Origin: Mobula hypostoma
Taxonomy: Eukaryota
Assembly (NCBI RefSeq): GCF_963921235.1
Contig: NC_086109.1
Coordinates: 17,424,001 to 17,488,000 of the forward strand
Reading direction: 5' to 3'
Length of the DNA: 64,000 nucleotides
Under the pieces are notes generated by a model. That model had not been told where the DNA came from and did no database searches. It worked only from the letters and a program-made list of their open reading frames with translations. The translations under genes and the position numbers were made by a program. Shown piece by piece: positions 48,135-60,445 of this stretch. Every line of letters begins with the position of its first letter. Position 1 is the first letter of the stretch.

Positions 48135-49005
48135 CCTGGTAGTGTGGTAGTTAGCGTAATGCTCTACAGTACCAGTGATCGCTATTGGTGTTCAATTCCC
48201 ACCGCTGTCTGCAGACATCCCACCTCTCCCGGAAGTTCCGGGAGTCTCCCGCATATTAATAGCAGCTCCCTGACGCCCGCAAATTATATACAATATCCCG
48301 GAAATGAGAGGGAGAGCGGGAGCGGGAGCGGGCATCCTGACTGGTCTCTCTTTGTGCTAAGTAGACCTATCAGTTTTCTCTGTGGGCGGGCTTTACAGTC
48401 GACCTCTGTCTCTCCATCAGTTCAATTTACTGTCCTGCACCGCCATGGCAGAGTGTTTCAAAAAAAGAAAATATACAATGCACTTCACCTCAAACTACAC
48501 TGAAGTGTACCCCTGCCTAATAGGAGTCACAAATAATGATAGTGTTGCTTGCTGCACTGTTTGCAATAGTGACTTTTCTATTGCCCATGGTGGGTTAAGA
48601 CTGTAAAAGACATGTTGAGGTGAGTTTAACAGGTGTCATTCATTCATTAGCATAGCTAACGTTATTTAAACTAGCTGGCTAGCTGCTAAGGAACTGCTCT
48701 ATTGTAGATGTCCCACCTCTCCCAGAAGTCTCCCGCAAATTGATGGTGCTACCTCCCTGAAATGAGCTTTTGCAGGGTGGGATGTCTGTGTCTGGGAAAA
48801 GATTGTATAATCTCCTCATGATCATGTGGCCTTCCTCTCATTCTCCAGAAAGACATTAGCATTAGTAAGTTGTGGGCAAGCTACTTTGGTGCCAGAAGCA
48901 AGACAACACTACAGGCTGCCCCCACAGCAGAACCTCAGTTGTTGATGCAAACTGACACCTTTCCCTGCGTCTTTCAAAATACATGTGACAAATAAAGCTA
49001 ATTTT
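48135..49005 (+). mobile_element. V-SINE/HE1-like SINE split by a hAT element
   Basis: Head ...gttcaattcccaccgctgtctg resumes after 48794 and ends acatgtgacaaataaagctaat. Confidence 0.7.
48212..48788 (+). mobile_element. Non-autonomous hAT-like DNA transposon (577 bp) with 13-bp TIRs, 6-bp TSD and a zinc-finger remnant
   Basis: TIRs CAGACATCCCACC and GGTGGGATGTCTG. TGTCTG duplicated at 48206-48211 and 48789-48794. Internal MAECFKKRKY...CCTVCNSDFSIAHGG/DCKRHVE followed by gtgagt. Confidence 0.85.
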
Positions 49006-49007
49006 TA

Positions 49008-50258
49008 AAGATTCAAGATTCTTTAATGTCACTTCCAAGACACAAATGCAAGGAGAACAAAATGATTGACACTCTGGCTCTGATGCAGCCCAAAAAAAAC
49101 CCTCAGTGAAATAAAGAACACAATAATAGTAAAAATAATTAATATAAATTAATATAATATTAATGTTATTATTAATAATATAATTAATATTAATGTCCAC
49201 CAGAGAAAGCAGGATCTTCCAGTGGCCACACATTTTAATTCCACATCCCATTCCCATTCTGATATGTCTATCCACGGCCTCCTCTACTGTAAAGATGAAG
49301 CCACACTCAGGTTGGAGGAACAACACCTTGTATTCCACCTGGGTAGCCTCCAACCTGATGGCATGAACATTGACTTCCCTAACTTCTGTTAATGCCCCTC
49401 CTCCCCTTCTTACCCCATTCCTTCTTTATTTATTTAGTATTTTTTTTTATTTTTTCCCCTTTCTTTCTCTCTCTTTTTTCTCCCTCTCTCCCTCTCACTA
49501 TATCTTCCTCTGGGCTACCCTCCCCCTTTCTTTCTCCCTAGTCCTCCCGTCCCATGATCCTCTCCCTTCTCCAGCCTTGTATCCCTTTTGCCAATCAACT
49601 TTCCAGCTCTTGGCTCCATCCCTCCCCCTCCTGTCTTCTCCTATCATTTCGGATTTCCCCCTGCACCTCCCACTTTCAAATCTCTTACTATCTCTTCTTT
49701 CAGTTAGCCCTGATGAAGGGTCTCAGCCCGAAACGTCGACTGTACCTCTTCCTGTGGATGCTGCCTGGCCCGCTGTGTTCCACCAGCATTTTGTGTATGC
49801 TGCTTGAATTTCCAGCATCTGCAGATTTCCTCGTGTTTGCATTAACATAAATACAAGAAATAGCTTACATACTATACATAGATTGATTGCATGTCCGTAA
49901 GGGGGACACTAGTGACTGTTCACAAGGTGACTGACAGGAAATGTTACAATAGCGGTGGCTGGGTTATGTGGAGGAGTGGGTTACTGGGAGGAGGTGTTGA
50001 TCACCCTTGGTGCTTGGAGCAAGAAACCGATTTTGAGTCTGGTGGTCCTGGCATGGATGCTATGTAGCCTCCTCCCTGATGGGAGTGGGACAAGCAGTCC
50101 ATGAGCAAGGTGGAGCCTTCACGATGTTACTGGCCCTTTCCTGGCACCTTTCTGTATATATATTCTGGAGAGCGCGTAGGCTGGCTCCGGTGATGCGTCG
50201 GGCAGTTTTGACCGCCCGTTGTAGAGCCTTCTTGTCCACTGCAGTGTAGCTTCCATGT
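49008..50258 (-). mobile_element. Rex1/Babar-like 3' fragment split by a Penelope-like element
   Basis: aagattcaagattctttaatgtc tail at 49008; minus ORF-end motifs (ccatcagggaggaggctacatagc) at ~50060-50085. Confidence 0.65.
49195..49843 (+). mobile_element. Penelope-like element 3' part (GIY-YIG endonuclease C-terminus plus 3' repeat)
   Basis: Peptide DLPVATHFNSTSHSHSD...LRLEEQHLVFHLGSLQPDGMNIDF matches the PLE GIY-YIG C-terminal pattern; followed by the cctgatgaagggtctc...gaaacgtcgac terminal motif. Confidence 0.88.
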
Positions 50259-50689
50259 GAATTTTTAAATAGCTCAGATTGGGGAGTTCACTTTAGACAG
50301 GGTGGTTGTAGCAGAGTTGTTGGGAGCCTTCAAACGTTTGACGGGGAAAATATTGACAGGATCAGAATCAAGTTTAATTATCACTAATATATGCTGTGAA
50401 TTTTCTTTTGTGGCAGCAGTACAGTGCTATACATAAAAGATTAATAAGCTACAGTAAGAATTAAATAGTGCAAAAAGAGAGAAAAACAGCATGTAGTATT
50501 GTAGACCTATGGAACTAATTAATAGCCCTTTAATAGAACCAGCACAATTCTGATGGTCTCAGTGGCTGCCAGTATTAAACCATTCTCTGACCTTTCTCTT
50601 AAATCTCAGCATCAAAGAGAAGATATAATTCCAGTAGAACAGTCCAGGAATGACAGTGCTAACGTGGAGAGTGTCTTTAACACACTGAC

Positions 50690-51080
50690 CAAGGAGCAGT
50701 GATTTAGGAAGGCAACGTCCATCATTAAGGGCCCCCACCACCCAGGAACATGCCCTCTTCACACTGTCACCCCCGGGAAGGAGGTACAGGAACCTGAAGG
50801 CATACACTCAGTGACTTAGGAACAGCTTCTTCCCCTCTGCCAACCGATTTCTAAATGGACATTGAACCCATGAACACTACCTCACTACTTTTTTATTTCT
50901 GCCCTTTGCATTACTTATTTTAAATTAACTATTTAATAGACATAGGTAAACTGAATGTAATTCCATTTTGTTTTGTTCCCTGTATTTATTTACTCTGTTG
51001 GTCATTGTACTGCTGCCGTAAAGTTAACAAATTTCATAGCATATACCAGTGATATTAAGCCAGATTCTGATCTGATCTGA
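50690..51080 (+). mobile_element. Rex1/Babar-like 3' end
   Basis: HHPGTC...PPGRRYRNLKAYT...RNSFFPSA; gattctgatctga tail. Confidence 0.75.
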
Positions 51081-51654
51081 AGTCTCCCAATGGGCTTTAT
51101 GGAAGAATTTGACTCACTTAAAAATCTTGGTTAGGGATGAGTGTTAATGGGGAGAGACAGGCAGACGGAGAGATTTAGGAAAGAAATTCCGGAACTGTTC
51201 CTTGATGTTGAAGGCATGACAGAGGGACGATTTATGTCTGCCGATAGCTTGAGCTGGAGAGGGGTAGACTTCTGGGGGGCTGTAAGAGGCTGCAGATGTT
51301 AAAAGAATCAAGGCTGTGGTGGGATTGATTTGAACTCCTATTTCTCTATGTCTCGTACACTTCCATTTGCAGACATAGTGGATTCTCCCTCCTGTTGGAA
51401 CATACTAATCAATCTTCATTTCTACTCAAGGATGAATACTCACCACTCATCTCCTCCACCCCCAAGAACCTAACTCAGCTAAATGTGATCTATGGCACCA
51501 AGTTAAATGCAGAGTCTTCACGAGGAGCTGACATCCAGAGGGTGGACCCTGGCTGGATTTCTATTCCAGTGATGCTGAGGTCAATTGTCACACTATCCTG
51601 GCTGAAACTGGAGACAGACTCAAGGATCTTCTCTGTCCACTAAACGCGTGGCCA

Positions 51655-51915
51655 GTGGGAAGGCTCGGAGTCTTCCTTGGAGCGTAGGAGAATGAGGGGT
51701 GATCTTACAGAGGTGCGTAAAGTCATGAGAAGCATGGATAGGGTGAATGCACACAGCTTTTTTTCCTCAGGGTGAGGGAATCAAGGACTGGAGGGAATAA
51801 GTTTAAGGTGAGAGGAGAGAAGTTTAACCTGAGAGGCAATTATTTTCCCAGAAGGTGGTATATATACGGAATAAGATGCCAGAGGAATTGGTTGAGGCAG
51901 GTGCATTAACAAATT
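51655..51915 (+). mobile_element. CR1-like 3' fragment
   Basis: Remnant RRRMRGDLTEVRKV. Confidence 0.65.
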
Positions 51916-52145
51916 TTTATTTATTTATATTTAGTGAATAAGCCCTTCCAGCCAAACTGCCCAGCAAACCACTTATCTAACCCTAGTCTAATCACAGGAC
52001 AGTTTACAATGACCAATTAATCTACTAACCGGTACGTCTTTGGACTGTGGGAGGAAACCCACATGTTCACGGGGAGCATGTGCGAACTCCTCATAGAAGA
52101 TGCCAGAATTCAGCTTCAAACTCCAAAGGCAGGGCTACGGTGCTG
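51915..52145 (-). mobile_element. V-SINE/HE1-like SINE
   Basis: tttatttattt tail; reverse V-domain gtctttggactgtgggaggaaaccc. Confidence 0.7.
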
Positions 52146-53029
52146 CCCCCCCCCACCCCCGTTTTGGGCAGGAACAAGGTTTAGAGTGGTTCCGGGTCAA
52201 AGTGGACAAATGCGTGGACATGTTGCGCTGAGGGTCCAGTTTCCATCTTGTATGACTAAGGACTGTAGAACTCGGTGACCTGAAGAAGTCTCTAACACAT
52301 TAGCAAGGCTTAGCGAGAGCCCGTAGTGAGAAGGTGTTGTTTGAAAGAATTTAAATGTCTGCTCCTGTGCCCACAATAATTTATTGCCAAAATCAACAAT
52401 GCATTCTTTCTAGGGGTTAACGTGGAGTTAAAGCAAGTCAAAAGGTAAAAATGCTCTGCACTCCCTCCTATCTCCAAGCACAAGCTTTGCGTGTGTTTGC
52501 TTAATACACCTGCATAGCCAGCAAGAACCACACAAAAGCAACTTCTGAAAGGCAGCCGCATTCCTAAGGCCTTGGGTGGCTTGACATTCAGCGTTCTGAG
52601 GGATCGTTGACATTCCTCACGCCTCTGATGTCTTGCTGAGAGGTTGCCATGGTTAGCCACAGATCTGGCTCTGGGCTGGTGTGGAGCTAGTGTTTTGGAC
52701 AGCTGGCACAGACTGTGTCTGATCTCATGCATGTGGTCTCGCTGAGCTCCCTGAACTGGTGTCCTTTTAATAACTCACTCCGGCTGAGTTTCCGCTCGCA
52801 AGAATTTAGCCCTTTTTACTTCTCTGATTTCTCTCCTGAATCATGCTCGAGACGTTAATTTCCATTGACATCGGGGGGTATAAAAGAGTCTGTAATCAAT
52901 GCTTTACGCCGGTGAATTAACTCAAAGTCCAGACAAGTTATTCTCCTGTAAATCATGGAAAAGAACTCCCAAGACCACTTCCTCCTGAAGAGATCTGAGT
53001 CTGGCCCTCCAGGGTAATAAGCGAGCTTA

Positions 53030-53770
53030 AATCAAAGTTCAAAGTAAATTTATTATTAAAATACATATACGTTACCATATACAGCCCTGAGATTCATTTT
53101 CTTGAGGGCATTCACAGTAAAGCAATGAAGTACAATAGAATCAATGAAAAACTACATACAAAGACTGACAAATAACCAATGTGCAAAAGAAGGCAAACTG
53201 TGCAAATACAATAAACAAACAAACAAACTATAAATAAAATAATACTGAGAACATGAGTTGTAGAGTCCTTGAAAGTGAGTCCGTAGGCCGTGCTGAAGGG
53301 TCTCGGCCCGAAACGTCGACTGTTTTTTCTTTTACATAGGTGCTGCCCGACCTGCTGAGTTCCTGCAGCATTTTGTGTGTGTTCCACAGGTTGTGGAATC
53401 GGTTTAGAGCTGAAGTGAGTGAAGTTGTACACGTTAGTTCGGCAGCCTGATGGTTGAAGGGTAATAGCTGTTCCTTAACCTGGTGGTGTGGGACCTAAGG
53501 CTCCCATCGCTCCTTTCCAATGGCAGCCGTGACATGACCTCGGTGGCGGGGGGTTCTTTGATGATGGATGAAGCTTTCTTGTAGCAGTGCTCCTCGTAGA
53601 TGTGCTTAATGGTGGGGAGGGATTTTCCTGTGATGGACTGGGCTCTACTACTTTTTTGTAGGCTTTTTCCATTCTTGGGCATTGGTGTTTCCATACCAGG
53701 GCATGACACAACCAGTGAATTCCCTCCACCGTGCATCTATAGAAGTTTGTAGCCTACATTGATCAAATTT
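53030..53770 (-). mobile_element. Rex1/Babar-like 3' part with a Penelope-like insert at ~53290-53382
   Basis: SITGKSLPTIKHIY...TRLRNSYYPSTIRL; tcaaagttcaaagtaaatttatt tail. Confidence 0.8.
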
Positions 53771-53917
53771 GGCATTAAAAGCCAATATCAACAGTACAAT
53801 TGGTTTGTTTTTGACAAATGTACCATGATACAGGGAAAAGCTTGTCTTGCATACAAGTTCATGCAAATCATATCATTACACAGTGCCTCCAGCTTGAATA
53901 AGGCAAACCAACAATGC

Positions 53918-54885
53918 ATTATAATTGTGTACAAGATGATAAGAGACATAGATCGAGTTGGCAGCCAGAGACTTGTTCTCAGGACAAAAATGAGGGGGCA
54001 TGATTTTAAGGTGATTGGAGGAATGTCAGCAGTAGATTTTAGATTTTTTAGATTTTTAGATTATGAGGACATGCAGTCCTCTTTTATTGTCATTTAGTAA
54101 TGCATGCATTAAGAAATGATATGATTTGTTCCTCCAGAATGATATCACAGAAACACAAGACAAACCAAGACTAAAAAAAACCTGACAAAAACCACATAAT
54201 TATAACATATAGTTACAACAGTGCAAACAATATCGTAATTTGATAGAAGAACATGACCATGGGCACAGTTTAAAAAAAGCCTCAAAGTCTCTCGAAAGTC
54301 CCATCATTTCACGCAGATGGTTGAAGGAAGAAAACTCTTCCTGCCATGAGCTTCCAGCGCTGCAAACTTGCCGATGCAGCACCCTGGAAGCACCCGACCA
54401 CAGCCGTCTCTTGAGTCCGTCCGAAGACTCTGAGCCTCCGACCAGCCCTCCGGCACCGAGCACCGAGCACCATCTCCGCCGACAGCTTCGACCCCGGCCC
54501 CGGCAACAGGCAATAGGCAAAGCCGAGGATTTGGGGCCTTCCCCTCTGGAGATCCTTGATCGCACAGTAGCAGCGGCAGCAAAGCGGGCATTTCAGAAGT
54601 TTCTCCAGATGTTCCTCCGTGCTTCTCATGACCGTCTCCATCAGATCAGGATTGTTCACGGCATCCTAAGCAGAGAGTGGCAAGTGAATGGTTTGAATTG
54701 CCTGGAGTGGTGGTAGAGACAGATTCATTAGGGTAATTTAAGGTACCTTAGATAGGCACATAGATGATAGAGAAATGAAGGGCTATGTGGGAAGGAAGAG
54801 TTAGATGGATCTTAGAGCAGGTTAAAAGGTCGGAACAACATAGTGGGCCAAAGGGCCTGTACTGTGCTGTAATGCACTATGTTAT
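53918..54885 (+). mobile_element. CR1-like 3' fragment split by 54040-54665
   Basis: VYKMIRDIDRV...RGHDFKVIG before the insert; gggccaaagggcctgtactgtgctgta tail after it. Confidence 0.65.
54040..54665 (-). mobile_element. Non-autonomous retroposon with CpG-rich body and (tctaa)-type tail
   Basis: Its 3' ~270 nt is the reverse complement of 60170-60445. The GC-rich 54330-54665 part has no recognisable coding similarity. Confidence 0.65.
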
Positions 54886-54899
54886 AACAATAGTGCAAA

Positions 54900-55255
54900 A
54901 TAAAGTGTAAAACCTGCAGAGAAAGTGTGGTACAGGTAAACAGTAAAATGCAAGATCACAATGAGTTTGCTGGTGAGGCCAGAGTCTATCTTATGCAAGA
55001 GGTGCATTCAAGAGCCTGATATTAGTGGGATAGAAGCTGCCCTTGAACTTGGTGGTCCACGTTTTCAGGCTTTTGTATCTTCTGCCTGATGGGAAAGGGG
55101 AGAAGAGAGAATGGTCAGGCTGGGCATAATGCTGGCAAAGTCCATAAGAGGGCAGGCTGTTTCCTGTGATGTGCCGAGCTGTATCCACAACTCGCTGCAA
55201 TTTTTTTGTGCTCCCATACAGAGCAATTGTCATATCAAGCCAGTCATAACTCTGA
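54900..55255 (-). mobile_element. Rex1/Babar-like 3' fragment
   Basis: KKLQRVVDTARHITG...PSGRRYKSLK...SFYPTNIRLLN. Confidence 0.7.
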
Positions 55256-56169
55256 AAACATGATTCATTGCAGAATCCTTTCTCTTTCACTGAAATCCTT
55301 GAGCTGGAGGGATAAGGGAAGGCTGGAAAAGGGTAATTTAACCCTTGCTGGTAGTCAAACACTATATGAGACTCGCACATAGGATGTTGGAGGAACTCAG
55401 CAGGTCAGCCCTCCTCCCTGGAGAGAAATAAACTGTTGACACTTCAGGCCGAGACCCTTCATCAGGGCACAGTAAGTCTGCTCCTGTTTAAACTTCCTCG
55501 TCTGTGACTTTCCAACGTCTTTTTATTCTCGACTCCATTTACATCTGGTGGACACAGCCAGAGTGGTTTGGGATATAAGTGCACAGAAGGAAAAAAAAAC
55601 AAGAGGAGGAGGAGTGGACGATTTGGCCCTTCGAGCCTGCCCTGACTTTCAGTTCTGTCATGGCTTCTCTAGGTCACAGGATCTGGTCCTTTGTCCCATA
55701 ATGTCTGCATCGAACACAATGTTGAATTGAACTAAAACTCTTCTGCCTGCAGATGATCTACCTCCATCCATCCCCGCATATTCATACATCTGTCTAACAA
55801 CCTCTTAAATGCCTTCATCATTATCTGCTTCCACTGTTATCCCGGGCAGCCAGCTCCAGGCACCTACCCCACATACAGTATCTCCACACTCACCTTAAGT
55901 GCATATCCCCAATGCCAGATTTCTGTCTCCCATGTCCCTGATGCTTTATGTGTCTAGTGTTAGTTTCTAAGATCTTTTACTATGCCGTTGTAGAGAATAG
56001 CTGCTGGCTGTGTAGGATTTGTAACGTGGCGACAGCAGAGCTTGTGTGTGGCCGCAGAGAACGGTTGTGAATCCATCTGCTCTATGGGCAGCGAGGTGGT
56101 TGGCTGCTGGGATTTAGTGATGGTGGAGATGATGCACACAGACCAAGGCTCATTCTCTTTCTGAAAATC

Positions 56170-56345
56170 CTACTACAGTGCTGGCAACCTAGGTTCAATT
56201 CCCAGTGTTGTCTGCAAGAAGTTAGTACGTTCTCCCTGAGGCCATGCGGGATTCCTCACATATTTCAAAGATGTACAGGTTAGTAGGTTAATTGGTTACA
56301 TGGATGTAATTATGCCAGAAGGGCCTGCTATCTCAAGATAAATTT
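56170..56345 (+). mobile_element. V-SINE/HE1-like fragment
   Basis: ggttcaattccc...gtacgttctccc...gaagggcctg. Confidence 0.6.
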
Positions 56346-56724
56346 TTAAAAATTCTTTCCATGCAGTAAGAACACAGCATGAGAGGAAACACTCTGGGAA
56401 ACCACAGACTTTACCAAGTGACAGAATTTTATTCTGCATTAAAATGATGCAAAGTGGAAACCAAGCTTTTTACTTCTTAACTCCTGATGATCCACAGTGC
56501 AAACCCTTGAGAGATTATGCTTTTCTTTATCTTTGATGGGATCCTATTAATGATCTGATAGCTTGCGCTTGCCTGCATTTAATCTCTGGTTCCAAATTTT
56601 GTTTGCTTTGAAGTTACTGGCGAGTGCCAAGCTGGAGGATCGAGGCACACGGCTTTGGAATACAGAATGTGGGCAAGATGAGACGAAATCTCCCCAAGAC
56701 AGAACAGAGAGTGGAGCAGCTGAT

Positions 56725-57005
56725 CGCGTCAGAGACCTGATTTCAATCCTGATTGCTTGCGTGGAGTCTGCACGTTCTTCTTCTGACTGTGTGTTTCCTC
56801 CAGGTGCTCTGGTTTCCTCCCAACATCCCAATGATGTGGGTGATTAGATTTATTGGTCAAGGTAAACTGCACCTGGTGTGCAGGTGTAATATTCGAATCT
56901 GACGGAGGTTGGTGCGAAAATGGATTAGTGTACATGGATGATTGATGGTCAGCACAGATGAATGGGCCGAAGGGTCTGTTCCCCGCTGTATTTCTCTATG
57001 CCTCT
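56725..57005 (+). mobile_element. V-SINE/HE1-like fragment
   Basis: gtggagtctgcacgttct...tttcctccaggtgctctggtttcctcc; CR1-like tail gggccgaagggtctgtt. Confidence 0.6.
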
Positions 57006-57325
57006 GAAACAATGTTCCTGGTAATCTCATCAGTACCTGGCAGAGAAACTAAACCATTGTGAACAAGTATGAACAGGAGGGAAGTACAGGAGTCACACCA
57101 TATATGGTACTCCATTTTAATTGGAAAGTAAAACTTAAAGCTTTCCCGTAATTATTTATCCATGGTAGGCACAGGATGTGTAGGAACAAGCAATGTTGAA
57201 AGCCTTTCAATTTTTAGTGTGACTCATACCGATGGCATTAACATACACTCAAAGCAACAGAGGCACCAAGTGGATGTCTGTGACTATAGTTTATAAATAT
57301 CCTAAAAATAAAAGTGTATCCTGCA

Positions 57326-57739
57326 GTAAGACCATAATATATGGGAGCAGAGTTAGGCCATTTGGCTCATCAAGTTTGCTCTGCCATTTTATCATAGCTG
57401 ATTCATTTCCTACTCAGCCCCAATCTCTTGCCTTCTTCCCGTATCCCTTCATGCCCTGACTAATCAAGAATCTATCAACCTCTGTCTTAAATATACCCAA
57501 CGACTTGGCCTCCACAGATGTCTGTGGCAACGAGTTCCACATATTCACGCTCTGGCAAAAGAAATTCCTCCTCATCTCCATTCTAAAAGGACGTCCCTCC
57601 ATTCTGAGGCTGTGTGCCCTGATCTTAGACTCCCCACCATAGGAAACATTCTCTCCAAATCTACTTTATCGAGGCCTTTCAACATTTGATAGGTTTCAAT
57701 GGGAATCCCCCCTCATTCTTCTGAATTCAAGTGAATATA
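57326..57739 (-). mobile_element. CR1-like 3' fragment (continues at 59222-59250 after the solo LTR)
   Basis: GRPFRMEMRRNFF...FKTEVDRFLISQG; rejoins as gtgaatata|ggtccagaacc. Confidence 0.8.
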
Positions 57740-58199
57740 TGTCATGGTCTGGTCCGTGAAGTCTGCATTCCGGTTCACAGTCCGGTCCATGGGCTCAGGA
57801 TACCGAGTCTTCCAGCTGTCCCTTATTTTGGTTGAGTTAATCATAGGCATCTGATTCCCATCTTGAGGCTTGGGATATAAGTGGCCTTGGGGTCAAGTAT
57901 GGGCTGCTGGTTTGTCTTGTCAAGATCCCCTGGGAGCAACCTGCTGGTGGAAGGCTAGAGCGGTGACTTGCCATCTTTAGGCCGCGTTGGAGAACCATCG
58001 CTTCATGGAGCCTTGCTGTCGGTAGTCAGAGCTGGCTTTGAGGTATGGATTCGGCTGTTTCCCGGGCCAGCTGAGTGGCTGTCAGCCACTCTGAGCTAGG
58101 TAAGGATTCAACTGTTTCCGTAGCCAGCCAAGGTTGCTGGCCATAATGGTGACTCGGAGCAACCCCGATGCAGAGATGGAACTGTCTGTTGTTCTTTGG

Positions 58200-58470
58200 T
58201 GTTTGTCTCTTCTTGTCCTCAGCTCTGTGGGGTAAGTCAGGCCATTCTGCCGTTGCCCTGTGGGGGGATCTGTCTTGTCTTGTCCTCACCTCCATAGGGT
58301 AAGTCAGGCCATTTTGCTGTCGCCCTGTGGGGGGGGGGGGGGAATCTGCCTTGTCTTGTCCTCGCCTCTGTGGGGTAAGTCAGGCTGTTCTGCCGATGCC
58401 CTGCAGGGGGACCTGTCTTGTCTTGTCTTTGCCTCTGTTGGGTAAGTCCGGCCGTTCTGCCATTACCCGA
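58200..58470 (+). repeat. ~60-70 bp tandem repeat (4 copies) inside the LTR
   Basis: gggtaagtc(a/c)ggc...ctg core at ~58230, 58296, 58373 and 58440. Confidence 0.8.
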
Positions 58471-58654
58471 CAGATGGGCCTATCCCACTTTGGTGTGGAG
58501 ATAAGGTTGAGTCCCAGCTTGTCTAAGGATTAGTCCCGGCTCTATGTCTATGTACTGTCCAGTCTCATGTTAGTGTCGTGTTAAAGATGAGTTCTGGCTT
58601 TTCGAAGGATAAGTCCCGGCTCCATGTTGATGTACAGTTCCCAGTCTGTCTCTG

Positions 58655-58922
58655 AGCTCCAGCCTCCGAGTTATCAGCCTCAGCATTCCAAGACCCAAGA
58701 CTCCAAGCCTCAAGACCCCAAGCCTCAAGCCTCAAGCCTCAAGACCCCAGCCTCAAGCCTCCAGCCTGAAGACCCCAGCCTCAAGCCTGTATATTCAAGA
58801 TCCCAGCCTCTAGCCTCAAGCCTGAAGACTCAAGACCCCAACCTCAAGCCTCAAGCCTCAAGACTCAAGACTCAAGACCCCAGACCCTAGCCTGCAGCCC
58901 CAAACCTCTAGACCCCAGCCGC
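58655..58922 (+). repeat. 7-bp-unit tandem repeat (ctcaagc/ctcaaga/ccccagc) inside the LTR
   Basis: Directly visible. Confidence 0.9.
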
Positions 58923-59734
58923 ATCCTGTCCTGTAGTCATGTCATGTCCTTGCCTGGTTCTGGGGCCCGAGCCCAAGGCAAGACCCAGGTTCTGAGTCCT
59001 TGTCCAGTCTGTGGCTCGGAATCCAAGCCCAGGCTCCTAGTGCATAGTTCCTTGTCCGGGTTCCCTGTCTTGTCCATGTCCCAGCCCAAGTCTGCATTCT
59101 TGTCCCTGCTCCTTGTCTGTATCCTGTCACGCCCCTACTCTAGTCAAGTCCTGTTCCTTGTACTTCAGTGTCTGTGTCTTGCATTTGGGTCTGCCTCTCC
59201 ACCAGCGCCCCCACTGTGACAATATAGGTCCAGAACCATCAGTCGCCCCGCATGTTGCTCCAGTACTGCAGGTTTTGTGTACAATCTTTCTCTGGCTTAA
59301 TCCAGCGCAATTTCAGTGTTAGCTATGTTCATGGTTCACACCCAGTTTCAGTATGGAATCCCTATGCAGACACAAAAGCAAAATACTGCAGATTCCGTAA
59401 TGCTGAAAATAAAGTAGAACTGCTCATTCGTGGGGAGAAAAATGGTTAATGTTCCAGGTCGATGACCTTTCACCAGCACTAACGCTGATCTAGATTTGGG
59501 CTGCGATTGTTTGGAAGGATTGATTGCTGGGTATAAAGGGTGCAGGACATTTTTGAGAGAGAGTACACGCTCTCCCCACTATTCAAACTTTCTGCATTTG
59601 GAATGCCTACATCTACTAACGGCTGCCTGCAAGGAGCCGTTGCAAAATGCCATAGAAAGATCCAATATCGGTGTCTCTGACGCTCTGTCACAAGGTCTCT
59701 CTACTTTGTTTCATTGCATTTCTTACCCTAACAA

Positions 59735-59985
59735 TGGCGCTGTGGTAGCACAGTGGTTACCGCAATGCAGCTTGGGCCATCAGACTTTGGAGTTCAATTC
59801 TGCTGTCGGCGGTAAGAAGTTTGTACGTCCTTCCTGTGAGTGCATGGGTTTCCTCCCACACTCCAAAGGCTGATTGGTTGGTAGGTTAATTGATTAGTGT
59901 AAATTGTCATGTTAACTAAATAGGTTGCCGGGCAGTGTGGCTCATTAGGCCAGGAAAGTCCTGTTCCTCGCTTTATCTCTACATA
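59735..59985 (+). mobile_element. V-SINE/HE1-like SINE
   Basis: gtggtagcacagtggtta head, gagttcaattc B-box, tgggtttcctcccacactccaaag. Confidence 0.7.
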
Positions 59986-60169
59986 GAACATAGACTAGAA
60001 CAGAACAGAACAGGGACAGGCCATTCGGCCCATGATACTGTGCTGGCCCAGCTATAAACCAAATCAAAACCACCCAAACACACATAGAACATAGAACAAA
60101 ACACATAAATAAATAATAAACAATATTGGATAAATGTAAGTGTGAATTAAATGGTAATTTCTCCCTCTT

Positions 60170-60445
60170 GCCGCCTGCTATCGGGGACTCGGGAGTTGAT
60201 CGGGACTTTGAGACTTTTTTTTTACCGTGCCCATGGTCTGCTCTTCATCAAATTACAGTATTGCTTTGCACTGCTGTAACTATATGTTATAATTATGTGG
60301 TTCTGTCAGTGTTAGTCTTTGGTTTGTCCTGTTTTTCTGTGATATCACTCTGGAGGAACATTGTATCATTTCGTAATGCATGCATGCATTTCTAACTGAC
60401 AATAAACAAGGACTGAGTGTTCTCATAATCTAATCTAATCTAATT
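60170..60445 (+). mobile_element. 3' fragment of the 54040-54665 family
   Basis: ccgtgcccatggtc...aataaac...ctcataatctaatctaatctaat. Confidence 0.7.

Larger units (their letters stand above)
57740..59221 (+). mobile_element. Solo LTR (1482 bp), Gypsy-like
   Basis: Termini TGTCA...TGACA. ATATA duplicated at 57735-57739 and 59222-59226. TATA-like gatataag at ~57874. No internal coding region. Confidence 0.85.

Noticed and set aside
54200..54716. Overlapping GC-rich ORFs or CpG-island promoter
   Set aside because: Lies inside a repeated retroposon; GC richness explains the open frames.
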